Assembly: GCF_053078305.1 (NCBI RefSeq)
Contig: NZ_CP166879.1
DNA: 64,000 bases
Reading direction: 5' to 3' (one strand)
The notes under the pieces are model-generated. The model was not told the DNA's origin. It searched no databases and saw only the letters and a program-made list of their open reading frames with translations. Position numbers and translations under genes: made by a program. Positions 9,641-19,435 of this stretch are shown here, one piece after another (position 1 is the stretch's first letter; each line of letters opens with the position of its first letter).

Positions 9641-12025
9641 TTAGAATGAAAGCCCTTCACCATCAGCCACAATCCTGTACCCCATCGCCTTATAACCCCG
9701 CTGGCGTTTATCCCACATTCTGAGCAGCACTGGATACGCGGTATCCACAAAATCAATGATCCTGACATCGCTTTTACCGGTATGCTCTCTGTGTAGACGT
9801 CCCGCATACTGCTGTAACGTCCCTTTCCATGACACAGGCATGGCAAGAATCAGCGTATCCAGCGGAGGGTGGTCAAATCCCTCACCAATAAGTCTGCCTG
9901 TTGACAACAAAATACGGGGAGAATCAGGAGGAAGAGCATTCAGCCCGGAAATCATCATAGTACGCTTTTTTTTCGATAATCGACTATGGAGAACAAAAGG
10001 CGACAATTTCAGTGTGTTCATCACTGAGGCTATATCATCCAGATGATCTGTACGTTCAGTCAGTACCAGAACTTTACGCCCCTGCCCAAAAGCTTTCATG
10101 GCTTCTTCAGCTATCGCCACCGTTCTGTCATGATCCAGAGCAATTTCTCTGAAAATATCCTGGATTCTCGCATCCGATGGTAAATGACCAGATGTAAAAC
10201 GGGAACGGGTCAGCACCTCCAGATTATGTGGGCTTTCCTTCGGGCGGGACGCTGTATGGCGAATGGCACCACAGTACATAAAAATAATGGGGTGCAGACC
10301 ATCCCGTCGGATTGGTGTTGCCGTCAGGCCAAGCAGATATCTGGCATTCGTTTCCTTCAGAATCGCAGAAAATGAAACCGCGCCAATATGATGGCACTCA
10401 TCCACAATGATTTGCCCATAATTCCTGACCAGAGGTTCAACTTCTCCGTGTCTGGATATGGACTGCACCACCGCAATATCAATATTGCCACAGGGTTTAT
10501 GTTTCCCTCCCCCGATAATACCAATACTGTCACCGGCCTGCAGAAACACCGCGAGACGCTCCTGCCACTGCTTCAGCAATTCAGTCCGGTGTACCAGTAT
10601 CAGTGTATTCACTTTCCGTCTGGCAATCACTGCCGCTGCGGTAACTGTCTTACCAAAAGCCGTTGGCGCACAAAGCACACCAGTGTCATAACGGAGTAAT
10701 GCCGAAACGGCCTCTTCCTGCTCCGCTCTGAGGTTTCCCATAAAAACGGCATTACATTCCGTCCCGGCAAATCGTTTATCGATTAATTCTGCAGCAATAT
10801 TGTTGTCCCTAAGGAAAGATAATACGCTGTCCAGACATCCCCGGGGCAACGCAATGTGTTGCGGGTAATTCTCCGCACAACCTATAACACGGGGCTTATT
10901 CCAGACTGACATACGCATTGCCTGAGCCTTATAAAACTCAGGGTTCGGAAATGCTGCCAGCCGAATAAGTCGGTTAATCAGCACCTGAGGTAATTGCGCT
11001 TTTTCGAAATAGATCTGATTTGCCAGCGTGATTTTCAGCGGTTCAGCAACAGCAAGATTCAGTCTGTTTCCTGATGATTTTTTCCCTTCCCATGGCGTAC
11101 CCAGGTCTTCTTCGTTGATAAAGTTCACATCCAGAGGATGGATACTTCCTGTAGCCCGTAATATCGTCGGTTCAATATCCTGCACATTCATCGGGAGCAC
11201 CGACGCAAGAAAAGCCCACTGATCAGGATGAGGCTGGAAATTCATATCAACAAAAACACTTCCCCCCGATGCACGCGGTCTTTTTTGCAGAGGTAACGCG
11301 ATAAGATTACCAAATCCTCCTTTTGGCATCGTATCCTGATTAGGAAATAATCGGTCATAAGAACTCAATTGCAGCTGTCGGGTCCGGCTGCACGTATAGC
11401 TAATAACAGCAGTCCCCAGACGGCGAGCTTCGCGGGCCGAAACTCGTGAAGCAAAAAATATCCAGACATGCGCTCCCTGACGTGAGCGGGATATTTCCAG
11501 CACAGCGGGTACACCCAGCTCATCACAGGCTCGCATGAACGCGGATGCATCCTTCTGCCATTCAGCTTCATCAAAATCAACAGCCAGAAAATAACAGGAA
11601 TCATCTTCCAGCAACGGATATAACCCGGCAGTATGCGTGCCTGCCAGATGCTGGTAGATGACAAGATCAGATACAGGAATCAACTGACGGTGAACGCAGT
11701 CCCCACATTTTATCCGGGGCTTACCGCATATTCCCAACTGCCATTCGTTAGCGCAGGCCGGCGAGTACCCTGATTTGCCGCTGGTTTTACTTTCCCATCT
11801 AAGTGCCCATACATCATCACGCCCACGAAACAACCGACGAAATAATGCAACCTTCTCGTCGGTGGATAATACAGAAACGCGCTGCACAGGAGTCTGCGGT
11901 TTACGTCTCCATTCAATCCCATGAGCTTCAAGTAATGAGACCAGACGGGCATTTTCTGCCCTCAATGCAGCTAATTCATCGCTGTCAGATTTATGAACCA
12001 TATTCGTTACCTGTATCCGATCCAC
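9641..12025 (-). CDS. Superfamily-2 DEAD/DEAH (ResIII-like) helicase with N-terminal Cys/His-rich, possibly primase-polymerase-like domain
   Basis: 794 aa; helicase motifs AFGKTV (Walker A), IIVDECHH (DExH), LGLTATP, GEGFD, QQYAGRLHR; N-terminal C-x-C...C-x2-C-x-H cluster and VDFD...GAHVWIFF pattern; stop lies 18 bp from the PRTase stop (convergent). Confidence 0.7.
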   Translation of the reverse strand: MDRIQVTNMVHKSDSDELAALRAENARLVSLLEAHGIEWRRKPQTPVQRVSVLSTDEKVALFRRLFRGRDDVWALRWESKTSGKSGYSPACANEWQLGICGKPRIKCGDCVHRQLIPVSDLVIYQHLAGTHTAGLYPLLEDDSCYFLAVDFDEAEWQKDASAFMRACDELGVPAVLEISRSRQGAHVWIFFASRVSAREARRLGTAVISYTCSRTRQLQLSSYDRLFPNQDTMPKGGFGNLIALPLQKRPRASGGSVFVDMNFQPHPDQWAFLASVLPMNVQDIEPTILRATGSIHPLDVNFINEEDLGTPWEGKKSSGNRLNLAVAEPLKITLANQIYFEKAQLPQVLINRLIRLAAFPNPEFYKAQAMRMSVWNKPRVIGCAENYPQHIALPRGCLDSVLSFLRDNNIAAELIDKRFAGTECNAVFMGNLRAEQEEAVSALLRYDTGVLCAPTAFGKTVTAAAVIARRKVNTLILVHRTELLKQWQERLAVFLQAGDSIGIIGGGKHKPCGNIDIAVVQSISRHGEVEPLVRNYGQIIVDECHHIGAVSFSAILKETNARYLLGLTATPIRRDGLHPIIFMYCGAIRHTASRPKESPHNLEVLTRSRFTSGHLPSDARIQDIFREIALDHDRTVAIAEEAMKAFGQGRKVLVLTERTDHLDDIASVMNTLKLSPFVLHSRLSKKKRTMMISGLNALPPDSPRILLSTGRLIGEGFDHPPLDTLILAMPVSWKGTLQQYAGRLHREHTGKSDVRIIDFVDTAYPVLLRMWDKRQRGYKAMGYRIVADGEGLSF

Positions 12026-12151
12026 TGAGGCACCACGGCAAAAATTCGGGTCCCCTACACTGATGACAAAGCCGCCCTCTGCTGCCTATTAACTCAAGCA
12101 CCTCCCAACAACTTACAGAAACTTAATTCTAATACCTAATACAGCTGTAAT

Positions 12152-12715
12152 TCAGTTGTGTCGTGGTCGGCCGCGGTTACTTTTTTCGGGAAGCCTGCTA
12201 CGGCCCAGAATAATACCGTGTTCTTTCTGATCTTGTTTAGCCAGGTAGCTGAGGGCGTAACGTAAGTCGTCTACCGCAGATTTATCACTATAGTGAATCA
12301 CGTGATCGATACGCACCGGGTATTTGTCTTTAGCCCGGCACAGATGAAAATAACCCTCCCCTTCCGTGATCCGCCTCCAGATATCCCCCAGTTGCCTGGA
12401 TGTCTGATAAGAGTTCTTGTGACGTTGTCCATCCAGATAGCCGATAAAATGAATATGAAGCCCTTTGTCTGGTGTATATTCCATTACCCAGTAATATCCC
12501 GCCAGCATCGTTTGGGTTTCACTAAGTAAACGGTATATTTCAATACACATACTGTGCTTACAGGAATGCCCGAAACTGGGCGTGTCTTTCCTGTAGGCAA
12601 AATCAATTCTGAAAGGTAACAGTTTAGAAAAACGTTGAAACAGACCTTCCATGTGTTCATTCACGTCTTTCAGAATCGTGAAATTCATTTCGTAATTGGG
12701 GTTAGCATTATACAT
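12152..12715 (-). CDS. YagK/YfjJ-family (inovirus Gp2-like) cryptic-prophage protein
   Basis: 187 aa; position downstream of a yfjI-like gene and alpA matches the CP4-57/CP4-6 arrangement; family call is from memory, not a search. Confidence 0.5.
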   Translation of the reverse strand: MYNANPNYEMNFTILKDVNEHMEGLFQRFSKLLPFRIDFAYRKDTPSFGHSCKHSMCIEIYRLLSETQTMLAGYYWVMEYTPDKGLHIHFIGYLDGQRHKNSYQTSRQLGDIWRRITEGEGYFHLCRAKDKYPVRIDHVIHYSDKSAVDDLRYALSYLAKQDQKEHGIILGRSRLPEKSNRGRPRHN

Positions 12716-13677
12716 TTTATAGTCCTTACTTTATAAAACTCACAGGAAGAGGAAATTACGTAAATGCTGAGGATACAGAAACGTCGTACCACGGCATTAA
12801 TAAACTGGGTAACCAGTATGCAGACAACCTGATAAAACTGTTTCGTATTACCTCATTACAGTAATGGGAGTAATACTTCAGAATACAGTGAGACTCTCTT
12901 AAACTGAGGACCAGTACGAATTACAATGGTAAAAACACACCTCATAGAATTAAGTTTAAGAAAGTACCATTCAATCACTTACAGGAAGTAATCTGATCTT
13001 CACAAAAGTCAGCTATCGAATAGCCACAGGCAACATCGCTATTAGTATTGCCGTACCATTAAGTAAAAACAGAGACTCTGCAGAGAGAGCCTACAGATAT
13101 TTAACCTCACAATAAGAAGATTATTTCATACAGAAAAGATTATATTTACCCATACTTATAAACTGTAACGGAGATATAACGTACGAACTAAAGACAATAT
13201 ACTCTAATAGTGTTCCGGTACGTAACTAGTGTTAAATACAAACCAGACATACATTTAGTGGATTAACTTTCTCAATATTACGCTATGAGTGTAGTAACAT
13301 AATTTACACATAACTAAACCCCATACACCACCACACTGTAGTATATGGGGATAGACGCATTACGCACATACAGAATACTCAGCATAAAGAGGAGTGACAT
13401 TACGATAAAAAGAGACAACATAACTCCCATTAATAATACTAATTAACCTAAATTATTTATTGAATACGAAAACAATGAGGGGGTCTCCTCATCCAAGACT
13501 AAAGCCAGCAATATCCTGAACAACACTCTATCCAATAGTAAACAATGGTTATACCAGTTATATTTGCTGACTGATCTGTACCAGAGTTCTGTAATACAAC
13601 AACGCTGACATGGTAAAAGCATTAGTCTCCTCCGCAAGTAGCAGAGGAGACTATATGTTACTCAACGATTAAGTCGT

Positions 13678-15132
13678 TCAGAGGTCAAAGTTAGGTGCGA
13701 CATACCACGTTTTGTCGTCAATAAACTGTACAACTCTGTTTTGCTCATACAGTAAATCCAGTAACCAGTTGAGTTTATCTTTTTTACGGAAACGGTTCGG
13801 ACCACGCTGTAAAATGTCATTTTTTCTCATACAGCGTATCCCCTTCTCAATGCAACAGCTTTTTATCCAGTTGAAAAGTTCAAGCTCCTCTGGAATGAGT
13901 CGCATAGGTACGGTCAGTGCAGAGTTTTCAAACGTTAACGGACTGGATAACCGAATATACTCATCGCCGTACCATATTGCTAATTCTCTCGCCATTTCAG
14001 CAGTGTAGGGGGAAATGTCACCTTCCTCACCGCTAAAATGGTGAATAAGCCCTGCCAGTCTTGCCATATACTCTGCATTTTTAGCAGCATATTCTCTGAA
14101 GTCTCTTAAAGGCCCCAGAACCGACATCTTCGATTCCACATTGTTGTAATAGTCCGTCCAGATTCTGGCTGCCTGAGGAGAAAAGTGAAGGCAACGCCGC
14201 TCTCCCCTCATAGCCAGGCTTTCATCAATGAGTTCATTTATCCTCTGTTCAAACAAATCCTGATACTGTGATGAATAATTATCTCCGGTTATTATTATCC
14301 TTGTCCCCTGCGTTGATGTTGGTTGACACATCAAAAACCTTGCATGATGTCCTGACGTTTTCACAAGTTCTTTTTTTCGTGTACAAAAACCTTTGTGGTA
14401 AACATCAGGCTGAACCATCACCGATATCGTCAGTCTTGGCTCCTTCAAAAAAATTCCGGGAGATGATTTCCTGTCGATGAAAAGAGAACCACCATCCCAC
14501 AAAGAGTTAAGTATTCCCAGTTTACTCATTGCCCGGCTGTCAAAAATTATCCCACCTTCACTGGATACAAGAGCAAAAGAGCGGTTGCTATCAGAATAAT
14601 ATTTTAACATTCCCTCTATCGTTGTATCATTAAAAATTGTTCGATGTATCTGTGGTGGAACAGGACACTTATTCAGATGTGTTTTAAGCTCTGATTCTGT
14701 TGTCTTATAATCTTTACCGGTACGAATCTCTTTATGAAGTTTTGACTCCAGTGCTTTTTGTTTTTGCGCCCATATTTCCTTTTCTGTACTGTAACTCTCA
14801 ACCAGTTTCGCGTATTCTTCCGCCAGGGCTTCATCCCTGAGATAAAATGCTTTCATAAACACTTTATCCACGGTCGTTTTCCTTTCACCAGAATCAGCCA
14901 GAATCATAGAGTAAATATTAGAGGACCCACGTAAATTTCCTGGTCTGCACACATCAACCTGATTCTGACAGGCAATTGACATCGCTGTTAATGCTGCAGT
15001 TATCGCCATAGCTATAGGTGTCTGTGTATTCTTTTGAGTTTCAATTATTGCATTTCTCGCCAGCGGTGGCATTGCATATATCGGACAAGGATTTTCTGGT
15101 GCAAGTAAGCACATAAATGCCTCTCTTTTCAT
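13678..15132 (-). CDS. YfjI-like (DUF3987-type) protein of P4-like integrative elements
   Basis: 484 aa, directly downstream of alpA-like gene; size and context match CP4-57 yfjI. Confidence 0.5.
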   Translation of the reverse strand: MKREAFMCLLAPENPCPIYAMPPLARNAIIETQKNTQTPIAMAITAALTAMSIACQNQVDVCRPGNLRGSSNIYSMILADSGERKTTVDKVFMKAFYLRDEALAEEYAKLVESYSTEKEIWAQKQKALESKLHKEIRTGKDYKTTESELKTHLNKCPVPPQIHRTIFNDTTIEGMLKYYSDSNRSFALVSSEGGIIFDSRAMSKLGILNSLWDGGSLFIDRKSSPGIFLKEPRLTISVMVQPDVYHKGFCTRKKELVKTSGHHARFLMCQPTSTQGTRIIITGDNYSSQYQDLFEQRINELIDESLAMRGERRCLHFSPQAARIWTDYYNNVESKMSVLGPLRDFREYAAKNAEYMARLAGLIHHFSGEEGDISPYTAEMARELAIWYGDEYIRLSSPLTFENSALTVPMRLIPEELELFNWIKSCCIEKGIRCMRKNDILQRGPNRFRKKDKLNWLLDLLYEQNRVVQFIDDKTWYVAPNFDL

Positions 15133-15362
15133 TAATGGGTTAGTAAAGTAGCAGCAACTCCCGCTATAATAGCGAAATAGCTGCTGTTCAGACCTAATGT
15201 TCTGAGAAATACAGAATATCTGTAGATCTGATGTTTAATAAACCGATAAGGTTAATTCAGTTCATACTGTGTTATTTACCACGAAATATCATTCATGTTT
15301 CTCATTCTTAACACCTCCTAAAATTATTTCACTAACACCTTCCCCCCGGTCTTTTTCCTTTC

Positions 15363-15590
15363 TCAGGAATCAGCCAGAACCATAGTGTAAATATTAACGG
15401 GCCCACGTAAATTTCCGGGGTTGCACACGTCAATCTGATTCTGACAGGCAATTGACATCGCTGTTAATAATGATGTTGTAGTCATAGCCAGAGATGCTTT
15501 TTCATTGTGTTGAGTTTCAATTATTGCATTTCCAGTCATTGATGGTTGCGCATATACTGGATACGGAGTATCCGGTTTGATGTAAGACAT
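15363..15590 (-). pseudogene. Truncated duplicate of the yfjI-like 5' end
   Basis: 75 aa ORF; DNA 15363-15480 is a diverged copy of 14883-15000 (shared ...ctgattctgacaggcaattgacatcgctgttaat...); the protein repeats the NAIIETQ...AMSIACQNQ.DVC.PGNLRG block. Confidence 0.5.
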
Positions 15591-15695
15591 AAATATTTCC
15601 TTTTTTCGTAATAACTTTCGGTTATAGCAGCTATTTCCGCTACAATAGCAACAATAGCTGCTATACAGACTGGATATACTGAAAATACAGACAGT

Positions 15696-15923
15696 TCATC
15701 TGGTCTGTATCCAGCAGAGAAGGTCACTTAACAACCATCCGCAAGATTTCTTTCCGATAGACTTACGTGGTGGAAATGTTCCCTCCCGTTCAAGTTTCCA
15801 CGCTTGTGTACGAGAAATTGACGTGATCTCATATCGTTCCTTTTCACGTACCAGTCTGTCGCATTCAATCCCATAAGCTTTCAAAATGACCAGACGCTGT
15901 TCATCTGTTAATGGAAGCCACAT
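15696..15923 (-). CDS. alpA: AlpA-family prophage transcriptional regulator
   Basis: C-terminal ...ITSISRTQAWKLEREGTFPPRKSIGKKSCGWLLSDLLCWIQ is AlpA-like; likely ATG at 15923-15921 (MWLPLTDEQ) preceded by AGGAGGG; the track ORF begins upstream at a TTG (15944). Confidence 0.75.
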   Translation of the reverse strand: MWLPLTDEQRLVILKAYGIECDRLVREKERYEITSISRTQAWKLEREGTFPPRKSIGKKSCGWLLSDLLCWIQTR

Positions 15924-16614
15924 ACTACCCTCCTGATATATCAATACTTTTTATTTCCGGCATGAGCATGAAATGACTAAGTTTCCCGGATAAACAATGA
16001 GTGAAAGTCACTATCATTCATCCAGTCAACACCTTGCAAATAAAATGTAATACCATGATTTTTATAGGTCAAAATACTGAATTACAATATTAAAATGGCT
16101 TTTAATAGAAAAAATAAAGACATATAGAGCCAAATAAAAACAAGCCGCGACCAATAAAAACAAAAAATTAATATTAAAAATCCATTATGACGATTTTTGT
16201 TGACTAAAATTAGGTTTGGATATATAAATAAATCCATGTAAAATTCAAACAAGGCATGGAGGAGTCGCAGGAAGGTGAAATATTTCCATCTAATTTGTGA
16301 TAATCATCACAAAAATAAGCTACAACAAGCGGAGGAAAAGACAATCTGTTGCTGAACAGACAGAAGCAGGCTACGAATGATCGGAAAATGAAGCAAATAC
16401 GCTTATACAGAAGACGCAGAGGTAACTGACGGAGACAATCACAATCAGGAGAAAATTATCGTAAATAATGTATAAAATCTCAGGATATAAACAAATGTAC
16501 ACAAGCTATCCACGTAATCAGCGGCTGGCTCAGGATTAACGTTTCATTTCAGTGGACAACATCGATTCTGTCTGACAGCGGACCAATATGTAGCAAGCAG
16601 AAACTTCTGACATC

Positions 16615-18252
16615 ATGGTAACTCGGACAATGCAACAAAAGTATCAGTATGATCGTGTTTTATCCGGCGAACTCCACCCATTCCCTGGCATATACGAGGC
16701 GGTTTCCGAACAAATCCTTTTGCTCATTTTTAAAGCACGTCAACTATATCAGGATCCAGAATATCGCCCCTGGTTTGAAGAACAGCACAGAGTACTCTCT
16801 GCATTACGTGCCAATACAGAGCTCCTGAGAATCTTTAGAGAACAAAGAAGCGCTGAAGAACCAAAGCTTACTATTGAAGAGTCTACCTCCCCCCAACCCA
16901 CTCCTTCTGCTCTTACAGATGCGCTTAATGTGATGTGCCATATATACAATGGTTTTGATGAAGGAAATATCAGTCTGAAAACCTGGGGGGCGATGCAAGA
17001 GGTACAGACAACATCAACCTTTATCAGCCCAGGACCGAGAACCTGGAAAACACCTGAACTGGCAAAGTTTGTAGGAGATGATTTATTTAATATTCTGACT
17101 GAATGTAAGGCCTGGAGTTCACCAATTCCAGCAGAAACCCGACAGGGGTATTGCCATCAGGATCTGTCTGTTGCACACTCCTGCACCTCAGAGTTACTGG
17201 CACACCTGAATCAATATCATGAAATTGATGAATCAGCAATACTTGCCAGAGTTATTGGTATAACAGTTAACGGATTCTACAAGAAAAATAATACAGACCT
17301 TCCAGAATGGCTATCCCCCTTTAAAGAGGAACATAAAATATTCAGAGATTGTCCGGAGCAAAATACCGGGGATGTAATCAGACGGAAAGAACAACTGTTG
17401 AAAACAGGACGTACAGAATTCGTGAATAATTTGTGTCGGGTCGCCAACTGGTATGAAATTGAGTCAATATACGATGAATACGTCCGTCTTTATGCCAATG
17501 AAATCATTGACTGGTTCAACAAAACCATGAAGTATTTTAAACCAACAGATTTTATCCGATATACATGGAAATTCGCAACAGTTACTCCGGATAAAGATAC
17601 AGAAACCGGGCATACAACTGCATGGGAAAAGGATTATTGCCAGATAACCATACAACGTGATGAACTTCTGAGGTTGATTCACACCAATACCCTTCAGGAT
17701 GCAGTAATTTATCTTTGTCATTGTCTGCAGAAGGAATACAAGAAATCATCCCAAAATGAGATAGAGTTCCCAGGAATAAAACCTCCGACATCAGAGAGTA
17801 AAATTAATATAACAAATAATATTAAATTTCATTCTCTCCTGGAGCTCAGTAAAGATAATGAGAAGCGTCTGGAAACATTTCAAAAATGGTATGAAAAAAA
17901 TAAAGTTTTGTTAGAAAGTCATAAACAAAAACGAACAGAGAAGATTGACGTTGCCGTACGACTTGTAGGGCTGAAAGCCTATGATCTGCATGAAGGGATT
18001 CCGGATAGTCCAAAACGAAAAGTTAAAGATGGCATAAATGAAGACATCAAAGCCGATACCAGTTTACGCCTGTCAAAGACAAATATAAGTGATACGTCGC
18101 TAAACCGTTATCGCCGCACTGTTAAGGAGATTATCAATAACGAAATTGACGCATTCCTGTTGGAACAGAAGAAAAAAAATAAAAGATTTCCCTACAGTGA
18201 AGATAGAGATGTGATTCGACCTTTATGGGGAAAATGCCTGACCGGGCAGTAG
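16615..18252 (+). CDS. Hypothetical protein (545 aa), AT-rich, no recognisable motif
   Basis: Long ATG-initiated ORF in a low-GC region between alpA and thrW; product unknown. Confidence 0.45.
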   Translation: MVTRTMQQKYQYDRVLSGELHPFPGIYEAVSEQILLLIFKARQLYQDPEYRPWFEEQHRVLSALRANTELLRIFREQRSAEEPKLTIEESTSPQPTPSALTDALNVMCHIYNGFDEGNISLKTWGAMQEVQTTSTFISPGPRTWKTPELAKFVGDDLFNILTECKAWSSPIPAETRQGYCHQDLSVAHSCTSELLAHLNQYHEIDESAILARVIGITVNGFYKKNNTDLPEWLSPFKEEHKIFRDCPEQNTGDVIRRKEQLLKTGRTEFVNNLCRVANWYEIESIYDEYVRLYANEIIDWFNKTMKYFKPTDFIRYTWKFATVTPDKDTETGHTTAWEKDYCQITIQRDELLRLIHTNTLQDAVIYLCHCLQKEYKKSSQNEIEFPGIKPPTSESKINITNNIKFHSLLELSKDNEKRLETFQKWYEKNKVLLESHKQKRTEKIDVAVRLVGLKAYDLHEGIPDSPKRKVKDGINEDIKADTSLRLSKTNISDTSLNRYRRTVKEIINNEIDAFLLEQKKKNKRFPYSEDRDVIRPLWGKCLTGQ

Positions 18253-18338
18253 ATCACAGATGGGATAACATCCCGGTTATCCCCTGTTTGTTCTGCTTCA
18301 GGTTGCCAGAGCTCCAGGAACACGAGGCAATCGGCAAA

Positions 18339-18935
18339 TTATGCGGCTTTTCCATTAACAGATTCGACCACAAGAACAACACCGTGTTTGTTTCGATCAG
18401 GATGTTCACTCCAGATTTCTGATTCAGGAATACTTTCCCCATCATAGCAGATCCGATCACCATCAAACGGATAATACCGTGCGGAATCTGTATCTAAGAT
18501 AAACACCTTAAGATTCGTTGAACGACGCGCTATATGCTGCCAGAGGGCTTTACCTCCTTCATATTGCTCGTTATCACTTAATAGTATAACGCCTGCTTTT
18601 GTGGCTATTGTTTCATAAACAAACGTAGCAAGGCTAACATCACGTACAGCGCCATCGACAACAATCCCTTCAATCTGAGCAACGTCCTGTTCTTCCCAGA
18701 ATTTCCGGACAACCCCCCCTTCAAGCTGTGAACGACGCTGAAGCTCCAGAGTGGCAACAACCTTATAGCGAATATCACCATCAATAACAGAAGGTGCAGC
18801 TTCGATTACCGCAGCGAACGGAGTCTTTGGATCCCAGATGATCTGGTAAAGCACACCCTGAATAGTTACTCCATCCAGTATCGAAAAACGACGAGCTACA
18901 GTAGCAGGGGAGTAAGACATTGGAATGACAGCCAT
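18339..18935 (-). CDS. Hypothetical protein (198 aa) next to the tRNA attachment site; not integrase-like
   Basis: ORF convergent with the 545-aa gene; occupies the position usually held by an integrase but is too short and shows no tyrosine-recombinase pattern. Confidence 0.4.
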   Translation of the reverse strand: MAVIPMSYSPATVARRFSILDGVTIQGVLYQIIWDPKTPFAAVIEAAPSVIDGDIRYKVVATLELQRRSQLEGGVVRKFWEEQDVAQIEGIVVDGAVRDVSLATFVYETIATKAGVILLSDNEQYEGGKALWQHIARRSTNLKVFILDTDSARYYPFDGDRICYDGESIPESEIWSEHPDRNKHGVVLVVESVNGKAA

Positions 18936-19245
18936 TTTATGGCCTAAAATTTGAAAACATCAGTATCAATACTGACCTCATCAGTCTGAGCATATATTGA
19001 TAAAGTTTTTATGTTTACACTCAATAAATACCTTGCTAAACAACTAATAGCGATGTCTACATTGCCATTCGACATGCTTACAATTTTTGTCAACAAGAAA
19101 GTGAATTTATATCAACGGTAAGAAGTAAACACGAGGACACCAAAACCAAATGTATACACTTTTGTGCTTTGTGTCCCCTGTGTGTACCCAAATGACAAAC
19201 TGCAAGAAAATCTAGGCACACACTTATCTAACTTATTGATTTAAA

Positions 19246-19321
19246 TGGTGCCGATAATAGGAGTCGAACCTACGACCTTCGCATTACGAATGCGCTGCTC
19301 TACCAACTGAGCTATATCGGC
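19246..19321 (-). tRNA. thrW: tRNA-Thr (anticodon CGT)
   Basis: Reverse complement reads GCCGATATAGCTCAGTTGGTAGAGCAGCGCATTCGTAATGCGAAGGTCGTAGGTTCGACTCCTATTATCGGCACCA, 76 nt with cloverleaf-compatible stems and CCA end. Confidence 0.9.
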
Positions 19322-19435
19322 CCTGAAAGGACATGTTCACGAACGTGAATCACGGTGGACAAGGTTAAAACTAACCGGGCGATGCGTCAATGGCCTTGTG
19401 AATCAAATGGCTACTTTTGCATCACCCGGTTTTAT

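Larger units (their letters stand above)
1..19245. mobile_element. thrW-associated genomic island, partial (extends beyond window start); carries cdiBA, DprA-like/PRTase/helicase module, alpA-yfjI-yagK-like backbone
   Basis: Begins at the 3' end of tRNA-Thr (19246); gene content is absent from the K-12 core order; long AT-rich non-coding gaps (12716-13677, 15945-16614); no integrase ORF found in the window. Confidence 0.6.

Noticed and set aside
9756-11952. Several 60-100 aa ORFs on both strands within the helicase gene
   Set aside because: They are nested in or antisense to the 794-aa helicase ORF, which has a full motif set.
18339-18935. Integrase candidate adjacent to thrW
   Set aside because: The 198-aa product is too short and shows no tyrosine-recombinase pattern. 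No integrase was found anywhere in the window.
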